Part shown: in pieces, positions 23,085 to 36,321 of the stretch | Numbering within the stretch: the stretch's first letter is position 1 | Layout of the letters: every line of letters starts with the position of its first letter | NCBI GenBank assembly: GCA_951406725.2 | Contig: OX597823.1 | Span: 4,960,001-5,024,000 of the forward strand | DNA length: 64,000 nt | Reading direction: 5' to 3' | From: Octopus vulgaris | Lineage: Eukaryota | The notes under the pieces: model-generated | Database searches by the model: none | What the model saw: the letters and a program-made list of their open reading frames with translations, nothing else | Told to the model about the DNA's origin: nothing | Position numbers and translations under genes: made by a program

Positions 23085-24868
23085 CATCATCATTTAACGT
23101 CCGCTTTCCATGCTAGCATGGGTTGGCTCCAATCTGATCTGTCTACTGCTGGATGCCCTTCCTAACGCCAACCACTCCGAGAATGTAGTGGGTGCTTTTA
23201 CATGCCACCAGCATGAGGGCCAGTCAGGTAGTACTGGCAATGACCATGCTCAAATGGTGTTTTTTATGAGCTACCTGCACAGGAGCCACTCCAGCAGCAC
23301 TGGCAACGACATCACTCGAATCTATTCTCATGTCCCACTGGCACAAATGCCAGTAAGGCGAGGCTGATAATAATCACGCACAAATGGTGCTTTTTATGCT
23401 CAGATGGTGCTCTTAGTGCTCCACTAGCACGGATGCCAGTCATCAAATTTGATTTGATTTCGATTTCACTTGCCTCAACAGGTCTTCGCAAGCAGAGTTT
23501 AGTGTCCAGTTAAGGAAAGGTATGCATAAGTGGGCTGGTTACACCCCTGGCATAGGCCATGAGTTTATGGTCTCACTTGGCTTGCCGGGTCTTCTCAAGC
23601 ACAGTATATTTCCAAGGGCCTCGGTCACTAGTCATTGCCTCAGTGAGGCCTAATGTTCGAAGGTCATGCTTTACCACCTCATCCCAGGTCTTCCTGGGTC
23701 TACCTCTTCCACAGGTTCCCTCAACCGCTAGGGTGTGGCACTTTTTCACACAGCTATTCTTGCCACATGACCAGTTGTCTCTCTTGCACACCACATCTGA
23801 TGCTTCTTAGGTCCAACTTTTCTCTCAAGGTACTTACACTCTGTTGAATATGCACACTGACATTACACATCCATTGGATCATACTGGCTTCATTCCTTGT
23901 GAGCTTACGCATGTCCTCAGTAGTCGCAGCCCATATTTCACTGCCATGTAGCATGGCTGTTCGTACACATGCGTCATACAGTCTACCTTTTACTTTGAGC
24001 GAGAGGCCCTCTCTCACCAGCAGCGGTAAGAACTCTCTGAACTTTGCCCAGGCTATTCTTATTTTAGCAGTTACACTTTCAGCACACCCTCCCCCGCTAC
24101 TGACTTGGTCACCCAGGTAACAGAAGCTATCAGCTACTTATAGTTTTCTCCTTGGAATGTGGTGGAAGTTGTTCTCTGCGCATTTTCAGTGTTTATTGCT
24201 CCTGAGCATCTGCCACATACAAAAACTTTCTTCCCAGTTAGCCTTCCTTTGATATTGCTGTACCTCTTATGTGTCCATAGCTTACACTGGGTACATCTTA
24301 TAGAGTTTCTACTTACGCCTTTTCTACAGATCAAGCAGGGTAATCTACCTGAAGGGATTTGTAGTTTGCCTGCCTTCCTACTTAATAGGATTTTTTTTGG
24401 GGGGTGGGGTAGCCAGGTTGTCTCTAAGGCCCTTCAATTCTAATCCTTGTTTCCACACCTGAAACTTCTCATCTAGTTCTGATAGTGACTCAGGAATTAG
24501 AGCAATGTCAGGTGACTAGGCTATAGCCAACACTGCCAGATATTTTGAGCATCTCTGCAGTGATTCCTGATGGGCTGGCGGCTTTCCCTGTCTTCATACT
24601 CTTAATTTCTTTATCTACCAAGGTACTATAAACTCAGATAGCTGGTCCTTCTGTTGGGTCGACATTCGGCAGACTCTCTTTCTCCCATTCATTTTATTTA
24701 TTGAGCAACCTTTCATAGTGACGTCTTTGCAGCCTCGTTTAATGCAAGTGAACCATCATCCATGTGGACACATTTCTCTACTACAACGTCATGATTCTCT
24801 CTCACACGTTGTCTTGCAACATGAAATACCTCAAGTCTTTGGTCCTCACAGCACAGAACATTGGCAAA
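23085..24868 (-). mobile_element. RTE LINE copy with internal deletion of the RT core
   Basis: (CAT)n tail at 23085, 3'UTR, decayed ORF2 with RGRPRKTW, HGSE and PHD-like Cys motifs. Upstream HYERLLN...KSMKTGKAASPSGITAEMLK joins directly to DIALIPESL. Confidence 0.9.
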
Positions 24869-24869
24869 T

Positions 24870-25097
24870 ATATGTATGTGTGTGTGTTTGTGTGTCTGTG
24901 TTTGTCCCCCCAACATTGCTTGACAACTGATGCTGGTGTGTTTACATCCCCGTAACTTAGCAATTCAGTAAAAAAGACCGACAGAATAAGTACTAGGCTT
25001 ACAAATAGTATGTCCTGGGTCAATTTGCTCGACTAAAAGTGGTGCTCCATCATGGACACAATCAAATGACTGAAACAAATAAAAAGAATAAAAGAAT
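24870..25097 (+). mobile_element. 3' half of OR2-like SINE
   Basis: TTTGTCCCCCCAACATTGCTTGACAAC...TGACTGAAACAAATAAAAAGAATAAAAG. Confidence 0.8.
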
Positions 25098-25928
25098 ATA
25101 GATGTATGTCTACATATATCCATCTCTCTCATTCTTACTCTCTTTCTATGTGTGTGTGTGTGTGTGTGTGTATACAGAGAATGAGAGAGAGAAGGAAAAA
25201 AATGGATATATATAGACATGGACTTTAAACGATATGTATTATATGTGTGTGTGTTTATATATATATATATATATATATACACCCACACACTCATATATAC
25301 ATGCACACATGTACCCTACTCACATACACATATATGTATACACACTCGTATATCTATGTCTACATCTACACACACAGATATATATATATATTTCATACAT
25401 ATATAACAACTGTTTGCTGTTCTAGTTGTCACAGGATTACCACTGGAACCAATTCCATCTAAAATTTCATATGTGGGTAGGTGGTGGTGGTGGTGGTAGT
25501 GGTGTTGGGTTGTAGAGCTTCAGGCAGAGGAGGAGGAATCGGTGGGTTTATTTTGACAGCTGTTGAGATTATTGCAGACCACTGTGGCTACAATACACTC
25601 GTTTCTCTCAACATTTGGTTCCGATAAATGTTCGAGGAAGGATGCCGTTTAGTAACACGCACACATGTGTACGCACATACTTTAATGCATGCACACATAC
25701 ACAAATATGTATGCACATCCATGTAAATAAGTACATGTACTTATGTTAATGCAGTCAGTAGCATGCATGCATATACACTCATGTATGTACGTAATTGTGC
25801 ATGTACGTATATTTATTTGAATAGATATGTTTTATGTATGTATGTATGAAAGTATGTGTGAATGTATATATATGCATGCATATATATATGTATTTTGATA
25901 CACACATTTGTACTTTGATACACACACA

Positions 25929-26300
25929 CATCATCATCATCACCATTTAATTCCGCTTTCCATGCTAGCATGGGTTGGATGAATGACTGAGGGCTGGCGA
26001 ACCAGATGGCTGCACCAGGCTTCAGTCTTGATCTGGCAGAGTTTCTACAGCTGGATGCCCTTCCTAATGCCAACCACTCCGAGAGTGTAGTGGGTGCTTT
26101 TACGTGCCACTGGCATGGGGCCAGTCCGGCGGTACTAGCAACAACCTTGCTCAAATCTTTTACACATGCCACTGGCACAGGTGCCAGTAAGGCGATGCTG
26201 GTAACAATCACGCTCGAATGGTGTCTTTTAAGTGCCACCGGCATGGAGGCCAGATAGCCGCTCTGGCAATGATCACACTCGTATGGTGCTCTTTGCACCC
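25929..26300 (-). mobile_element. RTE 3'UTR copy
   Basis: (CAT)n tail, CCATGCTAGCATGG palindrome, repeated GTGCCAC units. Confidence 0.85.
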
Positions 26301-26336
26301 CGCTAAGAGTACCATACGATGCATATATGTATATTT

Positions 26337-26640
26337 CATCTTTTACTTGTTTCAGTCATTAAACTGAAGCCATACTGGAGCACTGCCTTGAAGAAATTTT
26401 AGTCAAATGGATCAACCCCAGTACTAGTTATGGGGACATAAACACACCAACACTGGCTATCAAGTGATTGTGGTGGGGCAAACACAAACAGAAAGATACA
26501 CACATATACACACACATGCACACATATATGCAATAGGCTTCTTTCAGTCTACCAAATCCACTCACATGGCTTTTGATGTGCCCAAGACTATAGTGAACGA
26601 CACATGCCTAAGGTGTCATGCAGTGAGACTGAACCTGTAA
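26337..26640 (-). mobile_element. OR2-like SINE (decayed)
   Basis: TTTTACTTGTTTCAGTCATT...CCAAATCCACTCAC...GACTGAACC. Confidence 0.75.
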
Positions 26641-26754
26641 CCTTATTGTAAGAACCATTGTTAAGAAGCTTTATTATACTTTTACAAGAAGAGTGGTGAG
26701 AGTGACTGTGAGGTTTCATCTTGTCTCATGAAGGCTAGCAGGTCAAAACTTTAA

Positions 26755-26979
26755 CCCTTTCGTTGCCGTATTTATTTTGAGATGCTCTGTGTTTCTTTCA
26801 ATTAATATATAAATATAACAAAGAATTTAGTAAAATAACTTAGTTATCATTAAGCTAGTGTTAGGAACATAAATTGTGGAGGAATCGTTTGGTGGAAGAT
26901 TTTAATTCAAAAGTTATGAAAACAAAACATTTGTACTAGAAAGCCAGAGGCAGTTTCAACCGGGTTGGTATTGAAAGGG
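26755..26979. mobile_element. piggyBac-type MITE (225 bp) with TTAA duplication
   Basis: TTAA-CCCTTTCGTTGCC ... GGTATTGAAAGGG-TTAA. Confidence 0.85.
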
Positions 26980-28124
26980 TTAAAGTCACTCTCATCACTG
27001 TTCTTGTAAAAGCATGATAAATATGTCCTCTACAAAAGGTATTGTGCAATTGCAGCATGCAAGACATGAGTTAACCATTCAGAAACACTCAAAGTTACAT
27101 TATATGTAACTAGAGTACTTCAGACACCAACAATGACAGAGGTTTTATTGAAAAATGAAGATGAAGAATGAGAGTATGAGGATTTAAATAAAAATTCCAA
27201 AAATAACTGGGAAATAAAAAAATTATACTTATTATCATTCCCCAAATGTTACATAAATTTAATGATTTTTTTAATATGTACTCTATGATGTGGTCAATGA
27301 TTCAATCGTTATTTTACATTATGTTATTTTCTACAACAAATGCTCTCTGTAATTTTATAAATGTTATACATGTAAGTAATTCAAAACTACCAAAATATAT
27401 GCATATTTTCAGCTGGGTACATGATCTTACAAACAGGTTACATACATTTTCTAAAGATTTTGAAGGAAACAGTAGGTTTAGTTTATGTAAAATAAACTGT
27501 GCATTTAAAACATATTTGAAACATTCTGTGCAAAAGCCACAAATGTACATAATAAGCATTATTATTCACATTCACTTCAAAGTTCCTGAAGAAGAATATT
27601 TCTTGTATAGACAAGAGACAAGAGGAGGCACCAACATGTCTTAATGTTCTTAAATTTCAATCTGTAATTTCAAATCATTTCTGTTGTTTGTCTGTTTAAT
27701 CGCTATGTGTAAGTCTTGTAAAGTGGAACAAACTTCACAGCTTCAAATGTTTACATGTTGCAGAAAAAAATAAAGAATATATAGAAATACATTTATATAA
27801 TATGTAGCATATTATATATACTGATATGCTATCAAAATTTTTGTCACTCAAAACTGTGCCTTGTTCACTGACAGTGGAAGATTTGTACAACGAAAATTTT
27901 AACACCATACAAATAAACATTTGAGTGAAGTTGACAGTTTTTGTGTTTCTGAATGGCTAACTTACATCTTTCACACTGCAAACACTTTAGTTTCAGTACA
28001 CAATCTCAGATCAAAACATTTACTATGCAACTGCATCTCTGTAAAAAGTATTCAGTAATCCTTCAATTTAAGGTAAAATGTTTTATATTATAACTTGACA
28101 AAAAATATAAAGACATTATATATA

Positions 28125-28345
28125 TTCTTTATTCTTTTACTTGTTTCACTCATTTGACTGTGGCCATGCTGGACCACCGCCTTTAGTAAAAAAAAATCAA
28201 CCCCAGGACTTATTGTTTGCAAGCCTAGTATTTATTCTAACAGTCTCTTCTGCTGAACTGCTAAGTTATGGGGGTGTAAACACATCAACATCAGTTGTCA
28301 AACGATGGTGGGGGGACAAACACAGATACATACACACGGATATAT
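28125..28345 (-). mobile_element. 3' half of OR2-like SINE
   Basis: Reverse-complement tail and body. Confidence 0.8.
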
Positions 28346-28348
28346 ACA

Positions 28349-28630
28349 TTTTTTTCACGCTAAGTGTTGCTGAAATATGGAACAAACTGCCGGCATCAGT
28401 TGTTAGTTGTCGGAGCACTGCATCCTTCAAAACTTCCATGCTTCCTGAGATTCGCCAACACTACACCTGATTTTCTCCCCTCCATACACATGCAAGCATG
28501 TATCTGACTCATACACTGTTCACTTTCCAGACATTTGTACATTACTGCATATGCTTTATACGCACTTTTGACAAGTTGTGGTGCACCTGAGCACTGTATA
28601 CAATAATTTCATTATTATTACTATTATTAT
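28349..28630 (+). mobile_element. 3' end of a CR1-group LINE with (ATT)n tail
   Basis: Translation FFTLSVAEIWNKLPASVVSCRSTASFK matches the CR1-type C-terminal FF..RV...WN.LP..VV...S...FK pattern; then a 3'UTR and (ATT)n. Confidence 0.8.
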
Positions 28631-28641
28631 ACCGATATATA

Positions 28642-28679
<38 letters not shown>

Positions 28680-28683
<4 letters not shown>

Positions 28684-28987
28684 TGTGATCACTGTGACTG
28701 ACCAGGCTATCAGATGTTGCTACACAACGCTGGTCACAATGCGCTTTGCATTGTTTTAGCCTTCAAATGATGCCACCCCGCTGGCTAAGCGAGCAGAGCA
28801 ACAGAAGAAAGAGTGAGAGAAAGTTGTGGCGAAAGAGTACAGCAGGGATCGCCACCCCATGCCGGAGCCTCGTGGAGCTTTAGGTGTTTTCGCTGAATAA
28901 ATACTCACAACGCCCAGTCTGGGAATCGAAACCACGATCCTACAACTGCAAGTCTGCTGCCCTAACCACTGGGCCATTGCGCCTCCA
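28680..28987 (-). mobile_element. tRNA-derived SINE (third family) within (TA)n
   Basis: Minus head GGAGGCGCAATGGCCCAGTGGTTAGGGCAGCAGAC...GGTTTCGATTCCCAG with A and B boxes; many CpGs retained. Confidence 0.8.
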
Positions 28988-29182
28988 TATATATATATAT
29001 ATATTTAAGTAGGTGAATTAATTATTCTATGTTTATTGTCAGCATGGAAAATTTGTTTAACCAAAACCTGGGTAGCAAATTCACGTCAGAAAACACGGTT
29101 GAAGCGACCTGTCAAGGGTAGAAACTCCGGGTTCATGTGTAGAAATTTTGTTAACATCTTCGTTCGACTCCATTCTTTCATT

Positions 29183-29224
<42 letters not shown>

Positions 29225-29365
29225 ACAGGCTTCTTTCAGTTTCTGTCTACCAAATCCACTCACAAGGCTTTGGTCAGCCCAAGGCTGTAGTAGAAGACAC
29301 TTGCCCATGGTGCCATGCAGTGGGACTGAACTTGGAACCATGTGGTTGGGAAGCAAGCTTCTTAT
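29225..29365 (-). mobile_element. 5' half of OR2-like SINE
   Basis: GGCTTCTTTCAGTTTC...AGAAGACACTTGCCCA...GGGACTGAAC. Confidence 0.8.
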
Positions 29366-31429
29366 TGCATAATGGATGTTAAATAATGATGATGATGGTA
29401 GTAGAAGAAGACAATATCTCAATGACCAATATCAGTTTAACTTTTCAGTAAAAAAAGGGGCTACAGAAAATAAACCCAATGAGCAATCCTTCTCACTCAA
29501 TCTACTTGAAATAGAAGCTAAATCTCTCTCAAACAGACCTTTGGAAAACATGACATGTTGGATTATCTAGACACAGGGTACGGTCTGTTGGTGGTGGTGG
29601 TGGTGGTGGTCGGAGACAATGAGATGGTCACAGCTGACAATCCTTTGAATCACATATGACTGCTTGATCAGAGCTGACCTGGGGCTAAATCTACAACAAC
29701 AGCAACAACAACTACAGACGCATATCAGTGGTGGGGTTGTATGTGTTAAAGAGAAACAGATTCACTGGGGATTGAACCTGATGTCAGAGACTCAGTGAAA
29801 GAAAGAAACTTGAACACACACACTTATGCGCTCTCATTCAAACTTCCACGCATACACAGTAACATACACATACATACTCACACATGCACGCACACATAAA
29901 TAGTCACACATGTACACCCACACACACACACACACGCACAGACAATACTTGCCCATGCATTTGCTTATAGTTCAAGTAGGATTAATAGAGACACATCAAC
30001 CTGTTGGTTGGTTGGTTGGTTGGCTGGGTGGTTGAATAGCCTGAATCGAAGTTTTATTTTGTGTTAATGGTGCATGAGTTTCTTATTTTATTCACAATAA
30101 AAGAAAATTGAAGAAAGAAAGACAAAAAGGAGAAATATGAAAAAGAAAGAAAATGGGAAGAATAAATAGGAATTTATTTAGAATTTTGTAATAAAAAATA
30201 TATATACATATATATGCATACATACTTACATATTTACATATATATATATATATATATGCATATGTACTTACATATATACATATATACGTACATACACACA
30301 CACATGTACATACATATATACTCATTCTTATGTATATATGTGTATGTACATATACTTACACATATGTCTGCACGTGTGTGTGTGCATGTACACACACACA
30401 CATGCACACTCACACACACACACATGTGCGCGCACACACATATGCAATGATTAAGGAACTGGTTCAGTAAGAAATACCTTGCTGGAATATTTAAGTTTAG
30501 CATAACAATATAACTTAAAGAAAACTTCTCAATGGAACCAGCAGGATTAATCCCAATAAAATATGTGACCAGCATAAGGAATCATTATATTCTAACTAAT
30601 TGAAATTCAGTGAATGGCATTCTGCTGGTTTTCCCCATTGAATTTTATATTCTATTCAGGATTATGGTTCATGGTGTGGAATTTTAAATTCAAAACATCC
30701 TTATTCATTTTGATGTTTGCCTCCTGCAGCTACAGATTTTTAGATAGATCAGTACAATTAGTTGATGTTTAGCTAAATGTAAGAGCCCTGCTGTGAGGTT
30801 AGAGATTAGAGATGGGTCAGCAAGTTAATATAGACTTGTGGTGGTGCTGGGGGGGGGGGCTGTGTAGCAATACAAGGGATCAATAAATACTTGAAATGAT
30901 TTTTTATCATTAAGGGTACTGAATTATTTTAGTGAGCTGAATGTGGAAGACTGCAGTAATTTATGGCTAAAATTCACTAATTTCCAGCCAAATATCAATG
31001 CCATATTAATTAGTATTCACCAAACACATATTCTACATTAAATATTCTGACTACATCAACATACTATCATTGAATTTTTATTGTTCATTATCAATTTTAA
31101 ATATTTTTGACAAATTTCTTTAAATATTTTTATTAAAATGTGGTAATGACAAAAGAAAGAAGGATTTATTGTTAATAAATCAAGGTTTTTTTCTATTATA
31201 CTTGATGAAGGTTGATATGTTATCAACAATTTCATGAAAGATATAAGAAGTTTGCCAACCCTTGGGTTAGAGATTAGAGTGTGAAGATAACCATTAGGAT
31301 TACTAAATCTATGATGTGAGTTCAATTCAAGGGCAAGCCATTTTAAGTATATTTACTCTTCTTATTGGTATAGAAAAAAGAAGTCAATAACTCAAAAAAG
31401 GACAGGTGTCAAATGGTGTGGGACACACA

Positions 31430-31946
31430 CACAGGGGCAAACATACATTCCTTGTTTTTATGTCAAGTTATATATAAAACATTGTTATATTTGGGGATGG
31501 TCATTTTTGCCAATAAACACACACACTGTTTATTTGATCTTCACTTTAGCTTTATTATTATTATTAGTTTATGTGTCAGTTCTTTCATCACACATTATGT
31601 GATTTTTCAATGGTACCACTGAAGGTATAAACAGGACAAGACCAGAGAGAAGAGGCGACATGAAGAACAGAATGTCATTAAAGAGGTCACAGTGTGTATG
31701 ATGGAAGAACTCTGACAAATAAATTAATAATCATAATAATCCTTTCTACTAATGGACCAAGGCTTGAAATGTTGAAAGGAGGGACCAGTCAATTACGTTG
31801 GCCCCAGTGTTTCACTGGTATTTAATTTATCAACTCTGAAAGGCAAAGTCGACCTCAGCGGAATTTGAACTCAGAAATGTAAAGTTGGATGAAATGTCAC
31901 TAAGCATTTTGCCTGGCATGCTAACGATTTTGCCAGCTCACTGCCT

Positions 31947-31977
<31 letters not shown>

Positions 31978-32125
31978 GATGATAATAATAATAATGCTAA
32001 AGTGAAGATCAAATAAATAGTGATGTGTGTTTATTGGCAAAATGACCGTCCCAAAATATAACAATATCTTTCAATACACAATTTCACATCAAGAATCTTG
32101 CGAAACAAATACATAAATGTAATTA
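31430..32125. mobile_element. Old fold-back remnant of the same Penelope pLTR family, with a SINE inside
   Basis: 31480-31550 is inverted relative to 31995-32068. The right arm matches the PLE terminus (ATGACC..CC.AAATATAACAATATC...AATCTTGC). Decayed hammerhead at 31674-31716. Confidence 0.7.
31740..31947 (-). mobile_element. Nin/Deu-like tRNA SINE
   Basis: AAAGGCAAAGTCGACCTCAGCGGAATTTGAACTCAGAA...GCCAGCTCACTGCC. Confidence 0.8.
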
Positions 32126-32579
32126 TAGAATAAGTTAACATTAACCAAAAGATTACTTAATACTTTTGAGTAGAGAGCACATATTTATTAAATTTTTACA
32201 AGATGAGGGGTGACTATACCTTAAAAGTTTCAGCTTGCTTGGCAGTCCCACAAATGCTAGCAGGCTGAAACTTCATAATCACTTCTTTACTTGTAAAAGG
32301 TCAATGAACATACATGTATATATTTGAGAAAATTTGACACAGCTCCATATGACTTAAAGTTCTGTGGGTGCATGGAACAAACACCTCTCATCAGATATCA
32401 GAAGAGTTATGGTTTTGAGACAAATTCAAGATGGCTTTAAGATATTGGGTGTTGAGTGTCATTTTCTTTTGTTTATCCACTCACTTGCATCCCTTAGTTC
32501 TGTAGTGCACCAACAGATGGTTGTGTGCACAGTGAGAGAAGGCAGTGTGCCAAGTGGCATCGCTGTGTTTACTTCACAA

Positions 32580-33252
32580 GGTGTGATATTTTTGTTGATT
32601 TTGTCGTGGACAGGAACAAAGAGTCAACGTGAAATTTTGCATTAAACTTGGGAAATCTGCTACAGAGACATTGAGCATGCTTCAGAAAGCTTACAGTGAA
32701 GAGGCAATGGGTCAAACACAATGTTTCAAGTGGCACAGGCCCCTTCAAAAGCAGAAGAATACCCCTGGAAGAGGATGAGCAATCTGGAAGACCTGCCACA
32801 AGCATTACTCCTGGAAATGTGGTATTGGGCATTGAGAATTCATCCCTCTGGGCCAGACTGTTAATTGAGAGTTTTACTGTGACATTTTGAAGCATTTGAG
32901 AGAGGGCAACTGGGGAAAGTGACTGGACGTGGGGAGCATGAAGAATTGGATTCTTCAGCAAGCTTTCCTCACTTGTGAGTTTCTTACCAGAAACAACATG
33001 GTATTGCATCCACATTCCCCTTATTCACCAGATTTAGCACTTGCAGACTCACATCTCTTCCCCTAGATGAAAATGCAGCTCAAAGGTTGCTGTTTTAGCA
33101 CCGTTGTTGAGATCCTGAGCAAATCACAGAAGGTCCTCTACTCACTAACAGAAAACAACTTCCAGACCAGATTCCAAAAGTGGCAGGAACACTGGGACCG
33201 GTGTATTGCCATGCAAGGGGACTATTTTGAAGGAGATGATGTTAAAACATGA
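32580..33252 (+). mobile_element. Internally deleted mariner transposase remnant
   Basis: RVNVKFCIKLGKSATETLSMLQKAY...EDEQSGRP, HSPYSPDLA, FQKWQEHWDRCIAMQGDYFEGD. Confidence 0.85.
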
Positions 33253-33254
33253 AA

Positions 33255-33425
33255 CTGTTGATACACACACACACACACGACAGGCTTCCACCCAATTTCC
33301 ATCTCCCAAATTCATGCACAAAGCTATAACAAGATACTTGGCCAAGGTGTTGCACATTGGGGACTGAACTGAAAACCCTCGGGTTTGCAAAGTGAGCTTC
33401 TTAACCACACAGCTATGCCTGTGCA
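33255..33425 (-). mobile_element. 5' part of OR2-like SINE
   Basis: GGGACTGAAC...CTTCTTAACCACACAGC. Confidence 0.6.
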
Positions 33426-33589
33426 TTTAGTACGTGTGTTGTTATAACATAAATACAGTTGGTTGGTGTTTAGTTAAATACAGCTAATCAATGATTAGTT
33501 CGATGTGATCAATAAGTGTTTAGTAGTGAGCATGGTGTCAATTGGGAGGCATTGAGTTTCTTAAATACTTTTATTTATTATCAATGCTT

Positions 33590-34900
33590 CCAACACACCA
33601 CCACCTACTGCTGCTGCTGCTACTACTACTACTACTACTGTCACAGAAAACCCACCACCACCACCTCCAGTATTGATATTTTAACACTATATGAACAGCA
33701 GATATTTACGGAACTACAATAAAATACCTCTCTAAAGTTTTGTTCAGTGCTGCATTATTATCATTGTTGTTGTTGTCATTGTTATCATTATCATCACTAT
33801 CTTCATTGCCACCAAAACCACCACCGCCACCACCACCACCATGATCATTATTATTGTTAAAACAAGAACTATATAAAACATTATAAAATGAAATAAAGAA
33901 GGTTGCAAAAAAAAAATCCAAAAAAATCACAAACTAAATCTTAAAGAATTCATTTTCTGAAAAACAAGAAATACAACAACAACAACAATAATAATAACAA
34001 TAATAATAACAATAATAATAATAATAATAAAACAATAGAAAAATACAAGAACATTTATAAAGCTCAATAAAAATTGTCATCTTTTATTTACCTTTCTAAT
34101 AATTACTATTACTATTTTTATCATCATCGTTATCATCATCATTATTATTATTGTTTTCATGTCGTGTAATATTACAATGGCTTTTGGTGTCCTTGTGGCA
34201 ATTAAAGAAATTCTTCTTTCTCTTCCTCTTGTCTCTTCTCCTCTTCCTCCTCCTCTTATGATTGATGTTATAATTATTGTAATAATAATAATAATGATAA
34301 TAGTAGTGATATTGTTATTATTTTTATTAGTAGTAGTAGTAGTAGTTGCAGTGGTGGTACTATTATCATCACCACCATGTTGTTGTTGTTATTATTACGT
34401 GATGTGTTCCAAAGAAAGAATTAGGAAGGAACAGTGGCATTGTTGTGTTGTCTTTGAGACAGAAATCTCCAAGAATGACTCTAACAATGATGGCTGGCAG
34501 TGAAATGCATAATTTGTAATGATGATGATGATGATGATGATGGATGGGGGATGATGTTGATGGTGATAACAGTGGTGGTGGTGATGGTAGTGGGGGTGGG
34601 TGAGTGATGTTGATACTGGGGGTGGTGATGTCGATGCTGATGGTGGTGGTAGGGACAATGATGGAAAGAGAAAGGAAGAGGGAAAGAGAATGTTGGGAAG
34701 AAGAAAAGCAAAAGAGGAAAAAAAAAAACGAAGAAAAATAGAAATACAGCAACAATAACAAGATCAATTAAAATAAAAAGAAATATAAAAATGAAATGAA
34801 AGAAGCGAAAAACAAATGTAAATGAAAAAAAATAAAGAAAACAATTTAATGAATTTGAAAAAAAAAACAGCAAAAGATAAAACTATGGCAAACAAGTATA
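33590..34900. repeat. Long compound trinucleotide and A-rich low-complexity region
   Basis: (CTA)n, (AAT)n, (TAG)n, (GAT)n and (GGT)n runs. Confidence 0.85.
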
Positions 34901-35412
34901 AAAAGAATTGCTGTAGAAGAGTGATTGTTGCTTAGTGAGTCAATAATGAAATGCACTCATTGACCTGGCTTGGCAGACGCAAGAGACCGCACTCACCCCT
35001 CACACCTCAACTCCTCCTTTTCTATATTCTCTTGCTGCTGCTACTGCTGCTGCTGCTGCTGTTCTGTAGTGATGCAATCTCTTGGTGAATGGTAAAAAAT
35101 GGTAATAATGGAACTTTACCAATCAGATTAGAGAGACAGGAAAGAAAAACAAAACAAATACAATAAAAATAATATAATTAAAGAAAAGAAAGAAAGAAGA
35201 GCAGCGAAATCTTTTATACAATAAAAACAAAACAAAACAAAAAAACAAACCAAAACAAGAGATGTGCATTTGCTGTAAGTTGTGTTTTACATTTAATGAG
35301 ATTATCTAACGAAGAGATTAACGGAGTAAATTTTATATAGTTTTATACATTGTGCTGTGCTCCAGCATGACCATAGACAAGTGAAAGTAAAAGTAACACT
35401 ACTATATTATTT

Positions 35413-35446
<34 letters not shown>

Positions 35447-35760
35447 TGCAGTGTAATGTTTTTAATTTGGCATATATATGTATATATCTGTATGCGTGTA
35501 GTATGTATGTATATGCACACATGCATAAACACATTTATAGACTACAATATATTTAATTTAGTACATGCATGTGTGTGTGTGTGTGTGTGAATTTTTGGCT
35601 GTTTTCATTTATTTCTAAAGCAAAAATCTTTAACTAAATAATGAAGTTGTTAGGAGAAGAAGAGTAAAATTATTAGATTTGAAAAGGTGATGGTGTCTAC
35701 CAGATTTCGTCTGGTAGCAGTTCTCAGACTATGTATTGCACACACAAAATATACAACATA

Positions 35761-36314
35761 TACGCAGACTGATGAAAAAATATTGGAACTGGCACTATAA
35801 ACAGAAAACTACAAAACACATCAATTTGACATTTAATGTCCTTTGAAGTGGTCCCCTTCTGAAGCGACACACTTTGCCAGCATCGCTTCCATTGATGGAA
35901 GCATTCCTGGAACTCCCATTTTTGGATAATGAGCAGCTGCCTCATCACATTCGCTTGGATTTCCTCAAAGTCTTGAAATTTTGTTCCTTTCAAATGGGAT
36001 TTGATTTTTGGAAAGGTTCTTAGCTGTTGATAACCTCCAAACCATATCTCTCTTTCTATGCCTGCACTCAGACATATGCATAGACGTCAACATATTTTCT
36101 CTGCCTCGGCCAGTTTGTGATGTGGTGAGATGACCATGCTCTACACACTTTACTTCCGAGCACTGCTATAAACAATGGAAGTGAGCAAGAACTTTATAAG
36201 TTAGTGTGCATGTGTGGCAGAGTTCAAGGTCAATCTGTGCCAAGCAAGCTTCACTCTGAGTACTTTAGTTCTGTTACCATAACAACAGTCCTGATATTTT
36301 TTCATCACCTTGTA
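35761..36314 (-). mobile_element. Internally deleted mariner (~550 bp) related to 45743-46638
   Basis: Imperfect TIRs containing TGATGAAAAAATAT.GGA.CT; C-terminal transposase KGTKFQDFEEIQ...FQECFHQWKRCW; 36180-36314 matches 46500-46638. Confidence 0.8.
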
Positions 36315-36321
36315 TACCTAA

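Noticed and set aside
25455-25590. Minus-strand Pro-rich reading (KINPPIPPPLPEALQPNTTT) as a host exon
   Set aside because: Short, runs into a (CAC)n repeat, weak splice context and no recognisable homology.
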